Positions 1-12,114 are shown, counted from the stretch's first letter. The stretch is 64,000 nt of DNA from an uncultured Gemmatimonadales bacterium (GCA_963851265.1 CAWKNZ010000002.1:1472001-1536000), one strand, 5' to 3'. Translations and numbers: made by a program. Notes: generated by a model from the letters alone, not told the origin.

Positions 1-265
1 CACGGGCCCCGGTCGCGACCGTCTCGACGTCCTCGCGCCCGGGCTCGCGCAGGTGGCAGTGCACGTCGATGAACCCGGGCGAGACGACGAGTCCGGCACA
101 GTCCACGACCTCCGCACCGTCGGGGCGGCCGACGCGCTCCCCCGCGTGTTCTACGCGCCCGTCCACGAGCAGCACGTCGCCGACCGCGAGATCGAGGCCC
201 TGCGACGGGTCGAGCACGCGCCCGCCCGCGAGCAGCAGTGGACGGCCGTGCGGCACGTCGCTCAC
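1..265 (-). CDS. pyrC: Dihydroorotase (5' part; runs off window start)
   Basis: Manual minus-strand translation from GTG 265: [20 protein letters not shown]...[25 protein letters not shown] (DxHxHLREPG motif). GTGA overlap with the pyrB stop. Confidence 0.9.
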   Translation of the reverse strand, partial: MSDVPHGRPLLLAGGRVLDPSQGLDLAVGDVLLVDGRVEHAGERVGRPDGAEVVDCAGLVVSPGFIDVHCHLREPGREDVETVATGAR

Positions 266-1242
266 GCGTCCCCCCGCGCCGCGTCGCCCCGCGCGGCGTC
301 GGCCAGCTCCGGGCGGCCGCCGGCCAGCAGGTAGAGCACGGCCATGCGCACGGCCACGCCATTCGTGACCTGCTCGAGGATGACGGAGTGCGGTCCGTCG
401 GCCACGTCGGAATCGATCTCGACGCCGCGGTTCATCGGTCCGGGGTGCAGGATGAGGAGGTCGCGCGGCGCGCGCTCGAGGCGCTCGCGCGTCACGCCGA
501 ACACGCGGTTGTACTCGCGCTGCGACGGGATGTAGCCGGCGGTCATGCGCTCCAGCTGCAGCCGGAGCACGTTGAGCGCCTCGGCCCACTCGATCGCGGC
601 CTCGACGCGGTCGAACACTTCGACGCCGAGCTGGTCGACCGCGTTGGGGAGAAGAGACCGCGGGCCGCACACGCCGACTTCGGCGCCCAACGCCTTCAGG
701 CCCCAGATGTTCGAGCGCGCCACGCGCGAATGGAGCACGTCGCCGACGATGCAGACGCGCCGACCGTCGAGCGACCCGAACCGGTCGCGGAGCGTGAGCA
801 GGTCCAGCAGCCCCTGTGTGGGGTGCTCGTGCGTGCCGTCGCCCGCGTTGATCACGGTCGAGTCGATGCGTTCGGCGAGGAACCGCGCCGCACCCGACGA
901 CCCGTGCCGGATGACGACGGTGTCGATCTTCATCGCCTCGAGGTTCCGCGCCGTGTCGACGAGCGTCTCGCCCTTCGACACGCTCGACCCGGCGGACGCG
1001 ATACTCACCGTGTCCGCGCTCAGGCGCTTCTCGGCGAACTCGAACGACACGCGCGTGCGCGTGGACGCCTCGAAGAACAGGTTGACGACGGTCTGCCCCC
1101 GCAGCGTGGGCACCTTCTTGATCGCCCGCTCGCTCACGGCGCGCAGGGGCGCGGCGGTGTCGAGCACGAGCTCGATCTGGGCGCGCGACAGCGACGAGAG
1201 GCCGAGCAGGTCCTTGCCTAACGAGACGGGTACCGCGCTCAC
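262..1242 (-). CDS. pyrB: Aspartate carbamoyltransferase catalytic subunit
   Basis: [29 protein letters not shown] and [11 protein letters not shown] motifs. Start taken at the GTG overlapping the pyrR stop. Confidence 0.96.
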   Translation of the reverse strand: MSAVPVSLGKDLLGLSSLSRAQIELVLDTAAPLRAVSERAIKKVPTLRGQTVVNLFFEASTRTRVSFEFAEKRLSADTVSIASAGSSVSKGETLVDTARNLEAMKIDTVVIRHGSSGAARFLAERIDSTVINAGDGTHEHPTQGLLDLLTLRDRFGSLDGRRVCIVGDVLHSRVARSNIWGLKALGAEVGVCGPRSLLPNAVDQLGVEVFDRVEAAIEWAEALNVLRLQLERMTAGYIPSQREYNRVFGVTRERLERAPRDLLILHPGPMNRGVEIDSDVADGPHSVILEQVTNGVAVRMAVLYLLAGGRPELADAARGDAARGDA

Positions 1243-1787
1243 GCCGCCCCCGGCGGCTCGTGCACGAGGACCGCGTCGCGGCCGTCCAGCTCCGTGACGA
1301 GCACGTCGACCCGCCCGCCGGCCGGCACCTCCACGCGTCGGCCGACCACGTCGGCGTGGATCGGCAGCTCGCGCGCGCCGCGGTCGACGAGCACGGCGAG
1401 CGCGATACGCGCCGGGCGTCCGAAGTCGGCCAGCTCGTCGAGCGCGGCCCGCACCGTGCGCCCCGTGTAGAGCACGTCGTCGACGATCACGACGTGCGCG
1501 CCGTCCACGCTCGTGGGCAGCGAGGTCGGCCCGACCACGGGGCGGGGGCCGACCGTCTGGAGGTCGTCGCGGTAGAGCGTGATGTCGAGCGCCCCGCGCG
1601 CGACCTCGACACCCTCGCTCGCGCGAATGGTGCGCGCCAGGCGCTCCGCGAGCTGCACGCCGCGGCGCTGGATTCCGACGAGCAAGAGGGCGTCGGTCCC
1701 GGCGTTCAGCTCGAGGATCTCGCTCGCCATGCGCGTCAACGTCCGCTCGAACGCACGCGCATCGAGCAGGGTGCGCTCCGATGACAT
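1239..1787 (-). CDS. pyrR: Pyrimidine regulatory protein / uracil phosphoribosyltransferase
   Basis: [27 protein letters not shown] and [11 protein letters not shown] motifs; directly upstream of pyrB. Confidence 0.95.
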   Translation of the reverse strand: MSSERTLLDARAFERTLTRMASEILELNAGTDALLLVGIQRRGVQLAERLARTIRASEGVEVARGALDITLYRDDLQTVGPRPVVGPTSLPTSVDGAHVVIVDDVLYTGRTVRAALDELADFGRPARIALAVLVDRGARELPIHADVVGRRVEVPAGGRVDVLVTELDGRDAVLVHEPPGAA

Positions 1788-1816
1788 GGCGCGCGAATAT
1801 AGCGGCCGCGCCGCGA

Positions 1817-1903
1817 CGGACAGGGAGGGATTCGAACCCTCGAGACGGTTGCCCGCCCACACGCTTTCCAGGCGTGCGCCTTAAACCACTCGGCCACCTG
1901 TCC
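1817..1903 (-). tRNA. tRNA-Ser (anticodon GGA), CCA not encoded
   Basis: GGACAGGTGGCCGAGTGGTTTAAGGCGCACGCCT-GGA-AAGCGTG...GGGTTCGAATCCCTCCCTGTCCG; long variable arm, T-loop GTTCGAATC. Confidence 0.95.
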
Positions 1904-1919
1904 TCTGTTCCACAACGCG

Positions 1920-1951
1920 CGGGGCCGCGGAGCGTAGGCCCCGCGGCCCCG
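1920..1951. repeat. GC-rich inverted repeat (hairpin) between the two tRNA-Ser genes
   Basis: CGGGGCCGCGG-N10-CCGCGGCCCCG perfect 11-bp stem; no U-tract. Confidence 0.6.
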
Positions 1952-1954
1952 GAA

Positions 1955-2041
1955 CGGACAGGGTGAGATTCGAACTCACGGTACCGTTGCCGGTACGCCG
2001 GTTTTCGAGACCGGTGCCTTCAACCACTCGGCCACCTGTCC
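1955..2041 (-). tRNA. tRNA-Ser (anticodon CGA), CCA not encoded
   Basis: GGACAGGTGGCCGAGTGGTTGAAGGCACCGGTCT-CGA-AAACCGG...GTGAGTTCGAATCTCACCCTGTCCG; long variable arm. Confidence 0.95.
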
Positions 2042-2055
2042 AAGTCCGGGCGGAG

Positions 2056-2084
2056 AGTCTAGCCCTGGCCGCCGGGGGTGTCAA
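2056..2084 (-). promoter_or_regulatory. Sigma-70-type promoter for the tRNA-Ser pair, within the 3' end of tadA
   Basis: Minus strand TTGACA-N17-TAGACT, 14 nt before the first tRNA. Confidence 0.75.
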
Positions 2085-2547
2085 CGTCGCGCGGGACGCC
2101 ACGCCGTCGCGCGAAAAACGCGCGCAGCAGCTCGCCGCACTCGCGTTCCAGCACGCCGCCGCGCACCGCCGGACGGTGGTTGAGGCGCGCGTGGCGCAGC
2201 ACGTCGCCGACCGAGCCGGCCATGCCCGCCTTGTCGTCCCACGCGCCGAACACGACCCGGTCGACGCGCGCGAGCACGAGCGCGCCGGCGCACATCGCGC
2301 ACGGTTCCAGGGTGACGTACAACGTGCACCCGTCGAGTCGCCAGCGGCCAAGGGCGGCGGACGCGGCGCGTATCGCCAGCACCTCGGCGTGCGCCGTCGG
2401 ATCCTGATCGCGCATGGTCCGGTTACTCGCGTCGGCGACGACGCGCGCGTCGCGCACGATCACCGCACCGACGGGCACGTCCGCGCCCGCGCCACCCGCG
2501 ACCGCGAGCGCCGCGCCCATCCACCGTTCGTCGTCGGCGGGCGACAT
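2059..2547 (-). CDS. tadA: tRNA-specific adenosine deaminase
   Basis: DPTAHAE and [14 protein letters not shown] zinc-deaminase motifs; VPVGAVIV. Confidence 0.93.
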   Translation of the reverse strand: MSPADDERWMGAALAVAGGAGADVPVGAVIVRDARVVADASNRTMRDQDPTAHAEVLAIRAASAALGRWRLDGCTLYVTLEPCAMCAGALVLARVDRVVFGAWDDKAGMAGSVGDVLRHARLNHRPAVRGGVLERECGELLRAFFARRRGVPRDVDTPGGQG

Positions 2548-2880
2548 CGTCGGATGCTAGTGCAAGTCGCGGTCGAGTGTAGGCGAAGCGGCAGGGTGCG
2601 GGGAAGCTCCAGGCCCGAGTTCCCCGACCATCCGACCGTCGTCTCGGTCGCGGTCTCTGACACCGAGCGGGACGTGAGAATCTGGCGTTCCCCGGCGCGC
2701 GGGTGCGCGGATCCGGGCGCGTCGGCCGCACGAGATGTAAGCTGGTCGGGTCACCACCCCAGCGCCGTGTCCGGGGTGTCGCGCGGCGCCCCATGCGGCG
2801 CGACCGGGCGGCACGCGCCCGGTGCCCGGCCCGTCGGTGTGCGATCTATTCGCGCGCCGCCCATCCCGAGGAGGTCCCCG

Positions 2881-3690
2881 GTGTCCCGTCACGTCGCGCT
2901 CTACGACACGTCCTACCGCCACTTCGCCGCGGCCGCCGAGGCGGCCGTTCGGGCCGAGACCTACGGCGAGGACCTCGGCCAGAGCAGCTGGCTCACGGCG
3001 GACGAGTGGCGCGCGAGCATCGCACTGCTCGCGCTTTCGCCCGACGCCCACGTGCTCGAGGTGGGCAGCGGCTCCGGCGGCCCGGCCGTCTACCTCGCGC
3101 GCGCCACGGGGTGCCGCGTCACTGGCGTGGACGTGAACGCGCACGGCGTGGCGAACGCCGAGGCGCTCGCGCGCGCGCAGGGCGTGCAAGGGTGCGCCGC
3201 GTTCCGCGCACTGGACGCGCGCCGGCCGCTGCCCTTCGCCGACGACACGTTCGACGCGGTGATCGCGAACGACGCGATGTGCCACCTCGCGAACCGCGGC
3301 GCCGTGCTTCGCGAGTGGCACCGCGTGGTCCGCCCCGGCGGCCGCGTGCTGTTCACCGACGCGATGGTGGTCACCGGCGAAGTGTCGGACGAGGAGCTCG
3401 CCGCGCGCAGTTCGATCGGCCAGTACGTGTTCGTGCCGCCGGGGCTGAACGAGCGGCTGCTCGGTGAGGCGGGGTTCGCCGTCGAGCGCGTCGAGGACGC
3501 GACCGCGAACGCGGCGGCGATCTCGGCGCGCTGGCGCGCGGCGCGCGAGCGGCACAGAGAGGCGCTGGTCGCGGAAGAGGGAGCGGCGACCTTCGACGGG
3601 CTGCAGGCGTTCCTCGCCTGCGTGCACGCGCTCTCGGCGGAGCGGCGGCTGACGCGATGGCTCTACCTCGCGGCCAAGCCGCCGGCGTGA
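2881..3690 (+). CDS. Class I SAM-dependent methyltransferase
   Basis: GAGGAGG RBS before GTG 2881; VLEVGSGSGG motif I, LPFADDTFDAV, RVVRPGGRV. Confidence 0.88.
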   Translation: MSRHVALYDTSYRHFAAAAEAAVRAETYGEDLGQSSWLTADEWRASIALLALSPDAHVLEVGSGSGGPAVYLARATGCRVTGVDVNAHGVANAEALARAQGVQGCAAFRALDARRPLPFADDTFDAVIANDAMCHLANRGAVLREWHRVVRPGGRVLFTDAMVVTGEVSDEELAARSSIGQYVFVPPGLNERLLGEAGFAVERVEDATANAAAISARWRAARERHREALVAEEGAATFDGLQAFLACVHALSAERRLTRWLYLAAKPPA

Positions 3691-4073
3691 GCCGGGCGAC
3701 GCGGGCGGCTCGTCGAAACCCCTCGAACGGGGTGCGACGAACGCAGGCGCGTGCGCGACGGTCGTCGCACGCGTCGCCGGCCGACGACGTCCGGAACGCT
3801 CGGCGGCGAGAACGAAGATGACCGGTTTTCAGGCGAGCGAGACGGGCACGGCCGCGTTGCGCGGACGGACAGGTTCTGCAACGGGTTACGCGACGACGGA
3901 CGCGCCGTCGAGAGGGCTGCGGGCCGTGACGACCGTCGCAACGCACGCGGGAATCATCGTGCTTGCTACAATCGAACGCGAACTGCTCTAACGTTCGCCC
4001 GTCGCCGCCGAGCGCCCGGCGGCGCCCGTCGCGCCGTGCGACCGAACTGCCCGAGCCTGGATCGAGAGCCCGC

Positions 4074-4700
4074 ATGAACGGACGCGCGACGTTGATCGCA
4101 GGCCGGCTCGCGCTGGCGCTGCTCGTCCTTGCGGCCGTCGGCGCGCAGCTCGCGATCCACGTCGCAGCCGGCTACAGCGTGGTGTCGTTTTTCAGCTACT
4201 TCACGAATCTCTCGAACCTGTTTGCGGCGGCCGTCCTTACCGTCGGCGCGACGCGTCTCGCGCGGGGTCGCGCGCCGACGCGGACCAGCGATTCGATGCG
4301 CGGGGCGGCCGTCGTGAACATGCTCGTTGTCGGCCTCGTGTTCAGCCTCCTGCTCCGGAACGTCGATCTCGGCGCGCTGCGGCCGTGGGTCAACGGAGTG
4401 CTGCACTACGTCATGCCGGTCGCGGTCGCTCTCGAGTGGGTACTCGCCCCACCGACGGCGCGGCTCGGCCGTGGCGACGCGATACGCTGGCTCGCCTTCC
4501 CGACGGCATACCTCGCGTACTCGCTCGCGCGCGGCGCCCTCACCGGGTGGTACCCGTATCCGTTCCTCAACCCGGCGACGATCGGCGGGTACGGACACGT
4601 CGCGGCGTACGCGGTCGGGATTTTCGGCCTGTTCGCGGTGCTCGCGTTGCTCGTGCTCGCCGTGGGCAACGCCCGGCGGCGACCGGCCGCACCCGCATGA
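4074..4700 (+). CDS. Pr6Pr (FAR-17a/AIG1-like) family integral membrane protein
   Basis: FFSYFTNLSN, LHYVMP and GWYPYPFLNP motifs with several hydrophobic helices. Confidence 0.82.
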   Translation: MNGRATLIAGRLALALLVLAAVGAQLAIHVAAGYSVVSFFSYFTNLSNLFAAAVLTVGATRLARGRAPTRTSDSMRGAAVVNMLVVGLVFSLLLRNVDLGALRPWVNGVLHYVMPVAVALEWVLAPPTARLGRGDAIRWLAFPTAYLAYSLARGALTGWYPYPFLNPATIGGYGHVAAYAVGIFGLFAVLALLVLAVGNARRRPAAPA

Positions 4701-4785
4701 ACGCGCCGCCTCCCGCAACGGTCGGCGGACCGCCGTGGGTGCCTCGGCCGCGAAACCGGCGGCGAGCGACGACGTAGGACGGCGT

Positions 4786-5466
4786 ATGCAGCCCCCGCCT
4801 ACGCCTACGCCTACGCCGATGCCAGCGCCGGACCCACCGTCCGCGCCGGCCCCGTTCGAAGCGAACGCCTCGACAGGCGCCGCTCCGCGGACCGTCCAGG
4901 AACTCGCCGGTCTGCGGCGGCAGCGCGACGAACTCACGCAACAGCTCGTCGCGACGCATTCCCGTCGCGGCGAACTCGTTCGTGAAATGGTCAGCACCGA
5001 CCCGGGCGCGCGCGGCGTCCTGCGCGAGCAGATGGCCCAGCTCGACTTCCGGGTGCTGATGCTCGAGAAGGACGTCACGTCTGTCGATCATGCGATCGCG
5101 TCCGCGCCCCCCTCAATCGCGGCCGACGCGTCGCCGAACATTCCGGGGTTTCGCACCCTCGTACCGCCGCGCGGTTTCGTGCTCGCCGGCCCGCGCGGCC
5201 CGTCGGCGAACACCGTACCGGTGTTGCTGGTCCTCATCTTCGCGATGCAACTGTCGGCGATCGCTCGCGGGCGTTGGCGCCGCGGGCGCGCGGCCGCGGT
5301 CGACCCGATGTTGCGCGAATCGGCCGCGCGCCTGGCCCGCGTCGAACAAGCGGTCGAGGCGATCGCGATCGAGGTGGAGCGCGTCAGCGAGGGCCAACGC
5401 TTCATCACGCGCGCGCTCGGCCCGGCGCGCGCCGAGCCGGCATACCTGGACGTGGACGGGCGCTGA
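4786..5466 (+). CDS. Hypothetical membrane-anchored coiled-coil protein
   Basis: Pro-rich N-terminus, coiled-coil segment, one TM (VLLVLIFAMQL), C-terminal RLARVEQAVEAIAIEVERVSEGQRF. Confidence 0.65.
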   Translation: MQPPPTPTPTPMPAPDPPSAPAPFEANASTGAAPRTVQELAGLRRQRDELTQQLVATHSRRGELVREMVSTDPGARGVLREQMAQLDFRVLMLEKDVTSVDHAIASAPPSIAADASPNIPGFRTLVPPRGFVLAGPRGPSANTVPVLLVLIFAMQLSAIARGRWRRGRAAAVDPMLRESAARLARVEQAVEAIAIEVERVSEGQRFITRALGPARAEPAYLDVDGR

Positions 5467-5561
5467 CGCGTCCGCGGCGCGGGCCGCGGTGGTCGAGATC
5501 CGACGGGATGCGCAACCCGCGCGGGACCCTATGTTGAGCCGCACCGCGCTCCACAGCTCTT

Positions 5562-6389
5562 ATGTCTGCGCAGCCTGAGGCCACATTGTTCCATCGACCG
5601 CCGCCCCGCTATACGCCACGCGTTGTCCTCGTGACGGCCTTGTTCGCCGTTCCCGGGTTCGCGCGCGCGCAGCCCGCGTGCGTGTCGGGCACCGTCACCG
5701 ATTACGCTGGACTCGGGTCCACCGGCTGCGCCATCGGCGACGTGACGTTCAGGTACCTCGACGACATTCCCGACCGGAGCGCGATCTCGACCGCGCGGCT
5801 CACCCCATTCTCGCTTCCGCTGGTCGGCGGTGCGCGGCTCGTCGGTTTCGACTTCGCGTTCGCGACGCCAAACGTACTCACGCAGACCGTGCCTGCTGGC
5901 GCGCCCGGCACGACCGACGGGGACTCCCCACTCGTCGCGTTTCTCGCGTCGGCGACGAACGGCAGCAGCATCACCGGCGTGAGGTTGCTCGGGTACACCA
6001 TCAGCGCTGCGTCGGCGACCGCGGCGCTCGGCGCAGACGCGCGCGTCGCGGCCACCGTGGGCTCGGCCACCTCGACCGACATCCATCAGGTGAGCGCACA
6101 TGTCTCGTCGCCGCCGCCGTGCGTCTTTTCGTTCTGTCCGGGCAACGTCGACGCCGTCGATTTCGCCCCGATCTCCGTCGGGTCTTTCTACCTGGGGAAC
6201 GGCGTCGAACTCCTCGCGACGGGTCAGCTCGATACGGCCCCGGGAACGGCCTACGCCAGGGTTGACGGTTTTCAGGCCGCGCTCGTCGTCGGCCCGGCCG
6301 TTGTCCCAGAACCGTCCTCGCGCGCGCTCGTTATGCTCGCGGTGATGAGCGGGGGGGTGCTCATAAGGTGGCGCGCGCGCCGACGCTGA
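5562..6389 (+). CDS. PEP-CTERM sorting-signal exported protein
   Basis: Signal-peptide-like N-terminus (..GFARA-Q); C-terminal VPEPSS plus hydrophobic stretch plus RWRARRR. Confidence 0.8.
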   Translation: MSAQPEATLFHRPPPRYTPRVVLVTALFAVPGFARAQPACVSGTVTDYAGLGSTGCAIGDVTFRYLDDIPDRSAISTARLTPFSLPLVGGARLVGFDFAFATPNVLTQTVPAGAPGTTDGDSPLVAFLASATNGSSITGVRLLGYTISAASATAALGADARVAATVGSATSTDIHQVSAHVSSPPPCVFSFCPGNVDAVDFAPISVGSFYLGNGVELLATGQLDTAPGTAYARVDGFQAALVVGPAVVPEPSSRALVMLAVMSGGVLIRWRARRR

Positions 6390-6455
6390 GGCATGTGCGA
6401 ACAGGGCGCGGACTCGCGTCCGCGCCCCGTCGCGACACTCGCGGCTCCGCGCCGC

Positions 6456-9065
<2,610 letters not shown>

Positions 9066-9155
9066 CTGGGTCGGGCGTTGAACGTGAGAGAGTAACGGCT
9101 CGCGGGGGCGCGCCGACGGCGCTGCTCGACCCGCGCGCGGGACGCCCCAGTGTAG

Positions 9156-9171
9156 AGCAACGCGAGTGCCC
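9156..9171 (-). promoter_or_regulatory. Putative sigma-54 (-24/-12) promoter of clpB
   Basis: Minus strand GGGCAC-TCGCG-TTGCT, exact GG-N10-GC spacing, about 90 nt upstream of the ATG. Confidence 0.6.
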
Positions 9172-9337
9172 CGCCTGTAGGACATCATGGCGCGCTCTCG
9201 CGTGGCGGCCCTGCCGGTTTCGCCGGTGTGGATGCCGAAACGACGCTGGGCATCGCCGACGCGGCGAACCCATCTTTGAAGCTACTCGCGTGCTGCCGCG
9301 CGGACCCGCCGTATCGTCCCGCGCTCGACGAGCTCCG

Positions 9338-10150
9338 CTACGCGCGACCGCCCTGAGCGCCGCCCGCGAGCGCGGCACCTTCCCACACCTCGAATGCCCG
9401 GAGCGGGCGCCCGTCCGTCAGGTGCTCGCGAAGGAACTCGCGCAGCAACCGCTGGTGCGCCCGCACCGTCGCGCCGTCCATGGGTACGATCTCGCGCACC
9501 AGCGTCGCGCCGGCGATGTCGTGCGGGTCCGCGCCGAGCCACACGCGGAGCGACGCGCGCGCGGCGACCGGCAGCGTGCGCGTGGTCCCGCCGAGTCGCG
9601 CGCAGCCGTCGCAGAGCGCACCGCCCAACGGCTGGCTGAACCGCGCCGCCGCGTCGGCGTCCAGCTCGCGCCCGCACCGGGCGCAGGCGTCGAGCGACGG
9701 CGTGAAGCCTAACGCGCCGACCAACGCCCACGCGCCGGCGAGCCCGGCCTCGCGCGCGAGTCCCGCCGGCACGGTCTCGATCGCGTCGAGTGCGGCGACG
9801 AGCGCGTCGTACCACGCCGGATCGGGCTCGTCGCGCCCGAAGCGCAGCACGAGTTCCGCGATCACCGCCGCGGTCGTGAACCGATCGAGGTCATGGCCGA
9901 GCGCGACCCGCGCACGCGTCACGTCGAACGCGGCGAGCGTGTGCAGGTCGCGGCCGGACTTCGCGTAGTACGCCGCCTCGCCCTGGGCAAACAGATCGAC
10001 GGCCGACCCGAAGCGGCGTTGTGTCTTACGCGCGCCCTTCGCCATCACCGACACGACGCCGTGCGCGCGCGTCGCGAGCCGCAGGATGCGCGAACTCTCG
10101 GAGTAGAGCTGCGCGTGTAGCACGACGGCGTCGGTCGCGGCAAGGGCCAT
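9338..10150 (-). CDS. recO: DNA repair protein RecO
   Basis: YSESSRILRLAT...GVVSVMAKGARK N-terminal OB fold; LGFTPSLDACARC...CDGC zinc motif. Confidence 0.92.
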   Translation of the reverse strand: MALAATDAVVLHAQLYSESSRILRLATRAHGVVSVMAKGARKTQRRFGSAVDLFAQGEAAYYAKSGRDLHTLAAFDVTRARVALGHDLDRFTTAAVIAELVLRFGRDEPDPAWYDALVAALDAIETVPAGLAREAGLAGAWALVGALGFTPSLDACARCGRELDADAAARFSQPLGGALCDGCARLGGTTRTLPVAARASLRVWLGADPHDIAGATLVREIVPMDGATVRAHQRLLREFLREHLTDGRPLRAFEVWEGAALAGGAQGGRA

Positions 10151-10203
10151 CTGCGAAAGCTACCCCGGCTTGCGCGCCCCCACGCGCCGCGGCGCCGTCG
10201 ATC

Positions 10204-11457
10204 TCACACGGCGGCCGCGGAGCCCTCGAGTTGCTCCGCCAGCTGGCGCTTCAACCGCTCGCGCGCACGCGCGTACGCCTCCGCCTCGGCGTCGGACGTT
10301 TCCGATCCTGCGGCCGCCCGCGCCGAGTGTGCGTCATCGAGCGCCGCGAGTTCGGCGAGCAGCGCGTCGGCCGTCTGTGGCGCGGCCGTGCCAGCGGGAC
10401 GCCCTATCGTTTCCGTGGGGCGCGACGCGGCGCGACGCCGGTACGCGGCAAGCAGTCCGACCGTCATAGCCCCGCCGACGCTCGCGATGAGCGCGGGGAC
10501 CGCCCACGTCGGCCACACGTTCCCCGGCGTGGTGGGGACGTCGACCGTCACCGGCGTGCCCGCGGGCACGTCCTGCGCGAGATAGCGGTGAAACGTGTGC
10601 CCTTCGACCGCCGCCGGTGCTGCCTGCACGAGCGTTCCGCCCGTCGCGATCCCGCGCGGGTCCTCAATGAGTACTTCGAGCACCGACGTCGGCGCGTCGA
10701 CCGGGACCGACATCGGGAAACGCGCGGCCGGGATCCGATACGAGAATGCCACCTGCTTGAGCCCGGGGGCGAGCGGCGCGCGCAACACCGCCCGTCCGTT
10801 CGTCAGGGACATGCCGTCAGGCGGTACGTCGGCGCTCGGGCGCACGGCAAACGCGGTCGCGCCGGCGGGGAGCGGAGCCGACCACACCCCGGCCGACGAC
10901 GTGGCCGACGGTACGCCGGTTCGAGGACCGTCGTTCGACAACTCGTACACGTCCAGCACGTCGCGCGCGCCGTCCGGCGTTGCCCGCCCGATCGCGACGT
11001 GACGCCCGCGCACGGTGACGGGTACGCGCGCCGAGGTCGTGTCGAATACGGTGACCTCGGCCTTCTCCCCAGTGACGACGGCATCGCGCAGTGGCGCCGA
11101 GAAGTACGCGATGCCTCCGTACTGGACCGAGACGAAGTAGATCGCGCTGGCGACGCCCGTGGGACGGTACGTGAACGCGAACGTTCCGTCCGCCCCGGTG
11201 CGCACGGAGTCGAGCGGGCCCGCGGCGTCGGACGCGACCCGGTGGAGCGTGACCCAGGTGCCAGGCACCGGCTGCATCGCGCTGTCGCGGGGCGTGACCA
11301 CGCGCCCGCGCACCCGCCGCGTGCCGTTCGGCAACACGGCCGGGCGGTCGACGCTGGCCGAGTCGAGCGCGTTCTGTGCCGCGGCCCGCGCCGGAACGGA
11401 CGCGGCGCCCGCGAATGCGAGCGTCGCCGCCGGCCACGCGGCCCATGTGGCGCGCAC
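10204..11457 (-). CDS. Hypothetical exported protein with C-terminal membrane anchor (carboxypeptidase-regulatory-like N-terminal domain)
   Basis: Signal-like N-terminus, GTWVTLHRV...TGADGTFAF, TM near the C-terminus, then a helical tail. Start uncertain. Confidence 0.6.
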   Translation of the reverse strand: MRATWAAWPAATLAFAGAASVPARAAAQNALDSASVDRPAVLPNGTRRVRGRVVTPRDSAMQPVPGTWVTLHRVASDAAGPLDSVRTGADGTFAFTYRPTGVASAIYFVSVQYGGIAYFSAPLRDAVVTGEKAEVTVFDTTSARVPVTVRGRHVAIGRATPDGARDVLDVYELSNDGPRTGVPSATSSAGVWSAPLPAGATAFAVRPSADVPPDGMSLTNGRAVLRAPLAPGLKQVAFSYRIPAARFPMSVPVDAPTSVLEVLIEDPRGIATGGTLVQAAPAAVEGHTFHRYLAQDVPAGTPVTVDVPTTPGNVWPTWAVPALIASVGGAMTVGLLAAYRRRAASRPTETIGRPAGTAAPQTADALLAELAALDDAHSARAAAGSETSDAEAEAYARARERLKRQLAEQLEGSAAAV

Positions 11458-11464
11458 CGCCGCC

Positions 11465-12001
11465 CTACAGCCCGAACTTCCCAAAATCTTCGGGACGCAT
11501 GTTCTCGAGGTGCGCTTTCAGCTGCTCGGCGCTCAGGGCGTCCGGCTCGCGCGCCGCACGCGGCACGGCCGGCGGCGAGGCATACCCCTGCGAGTCGTCG
11601 TCCTCGTCGCGCTCGGCCAGCGTGGTCAGCAGGCCCTCGGGCGCGTAGATGGGTGCGCCAAGTCGGACGGCGATCGCGATCGAGTCAGACGGGCGCGCGT
11701 CGACTCGCACGGCGCCGGTCGGGCCCTGCAGGTGCAGCTCGGCGAAGTACGTCCGTTGCTGCACCTTGGTGATCTGGACGCGCTGCAGCGTCCCGCCGAG
11801 TCCGACGACGAGCGATTTGCAAAGGTCGTGGGTGAGCGGCCGTTCGCGTTTGGCACCGTTCAGGTGCATGGCGATCGATTCGGCCTCGGGGTGCCCGATC
11901 CAGATGGGCAGCACGCGCCGTCCGTTCTTCTCCTGCAGGATGACGACGTAGCTGTTCGTCGAGCTATCGAGCCCGAGGCGGGAGATTGCGACTTCGACCA
12001 T
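11465..12001 (-). CDS. Bifunctional nuclease family protein (DUF151)
   Basis: RVLPIWIGHPEAESIA, RPLTHDL and VDARPSDSIAIA motifs. Confidence 0.92.
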   Translation of the reverse strand: MVEVAISRLGLDSSTNSYVVILQEKNGRRVLPIWIGHPEAESIAMHLNGAKRERPLTHDLCKSLVVGLGGTLQRVQITKVQQRTYFAELHLQGPTGAVRVDARPSDSIAIAVRLGAPIYAPEGLLTTLAERDEDDDSQGYASPPAVPRAAREPDALSAEQLKAHLENMRPEDFGKFGL

Positions 12002-12114
12002 CGATGAACACTCCGGCGCAACGGACGGGCCTCGCGCGACGGAAACGTGGGGCGTTTCCGTCCGGCGCGGCGACCGATCCCGCCGCGCCGCACGAGGTAC
12101 CCCGGAGGTTCGTC

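Noticed and set aside
265..302. Short 15-bp tandem duplication at the pyrB 3' end ([10 protein letters not shown])
   Set aside because: Two degenerate units in a non-conserved C-terminal tail; no evidence of function.
1817..2041. Direct repeat of about 20 bp that could be an att-site duplication or CRISPR-like repeat
   Set aside because: It is the shared acceptor and D-arm sequence of two complete tRNA-Ser genes.
2548..2880. Possible SRP RNA or SAM riboswitch between tadA and the methyltransferase
   Set aside because: I could not find the SRP domain-IV (CAGG...GGAA...AGCAG) or SAM-I consensus elements; only short GC hairpins are present.
5092..5370. Frequent GCGATCGC (HIP1-like) words here and elsewhere
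   Set aside because: Explained by common GCG-ATC-GC(N) codons (Ala-Ile-Ala) in GC-rich genes; no rare-codon distortion.
9156..9171. CIRCE element upstream of clpB
   Set aside because: Only a GCACTC half-site is present; the inverted GAGTGC arm at 9-nt spacing is missing.
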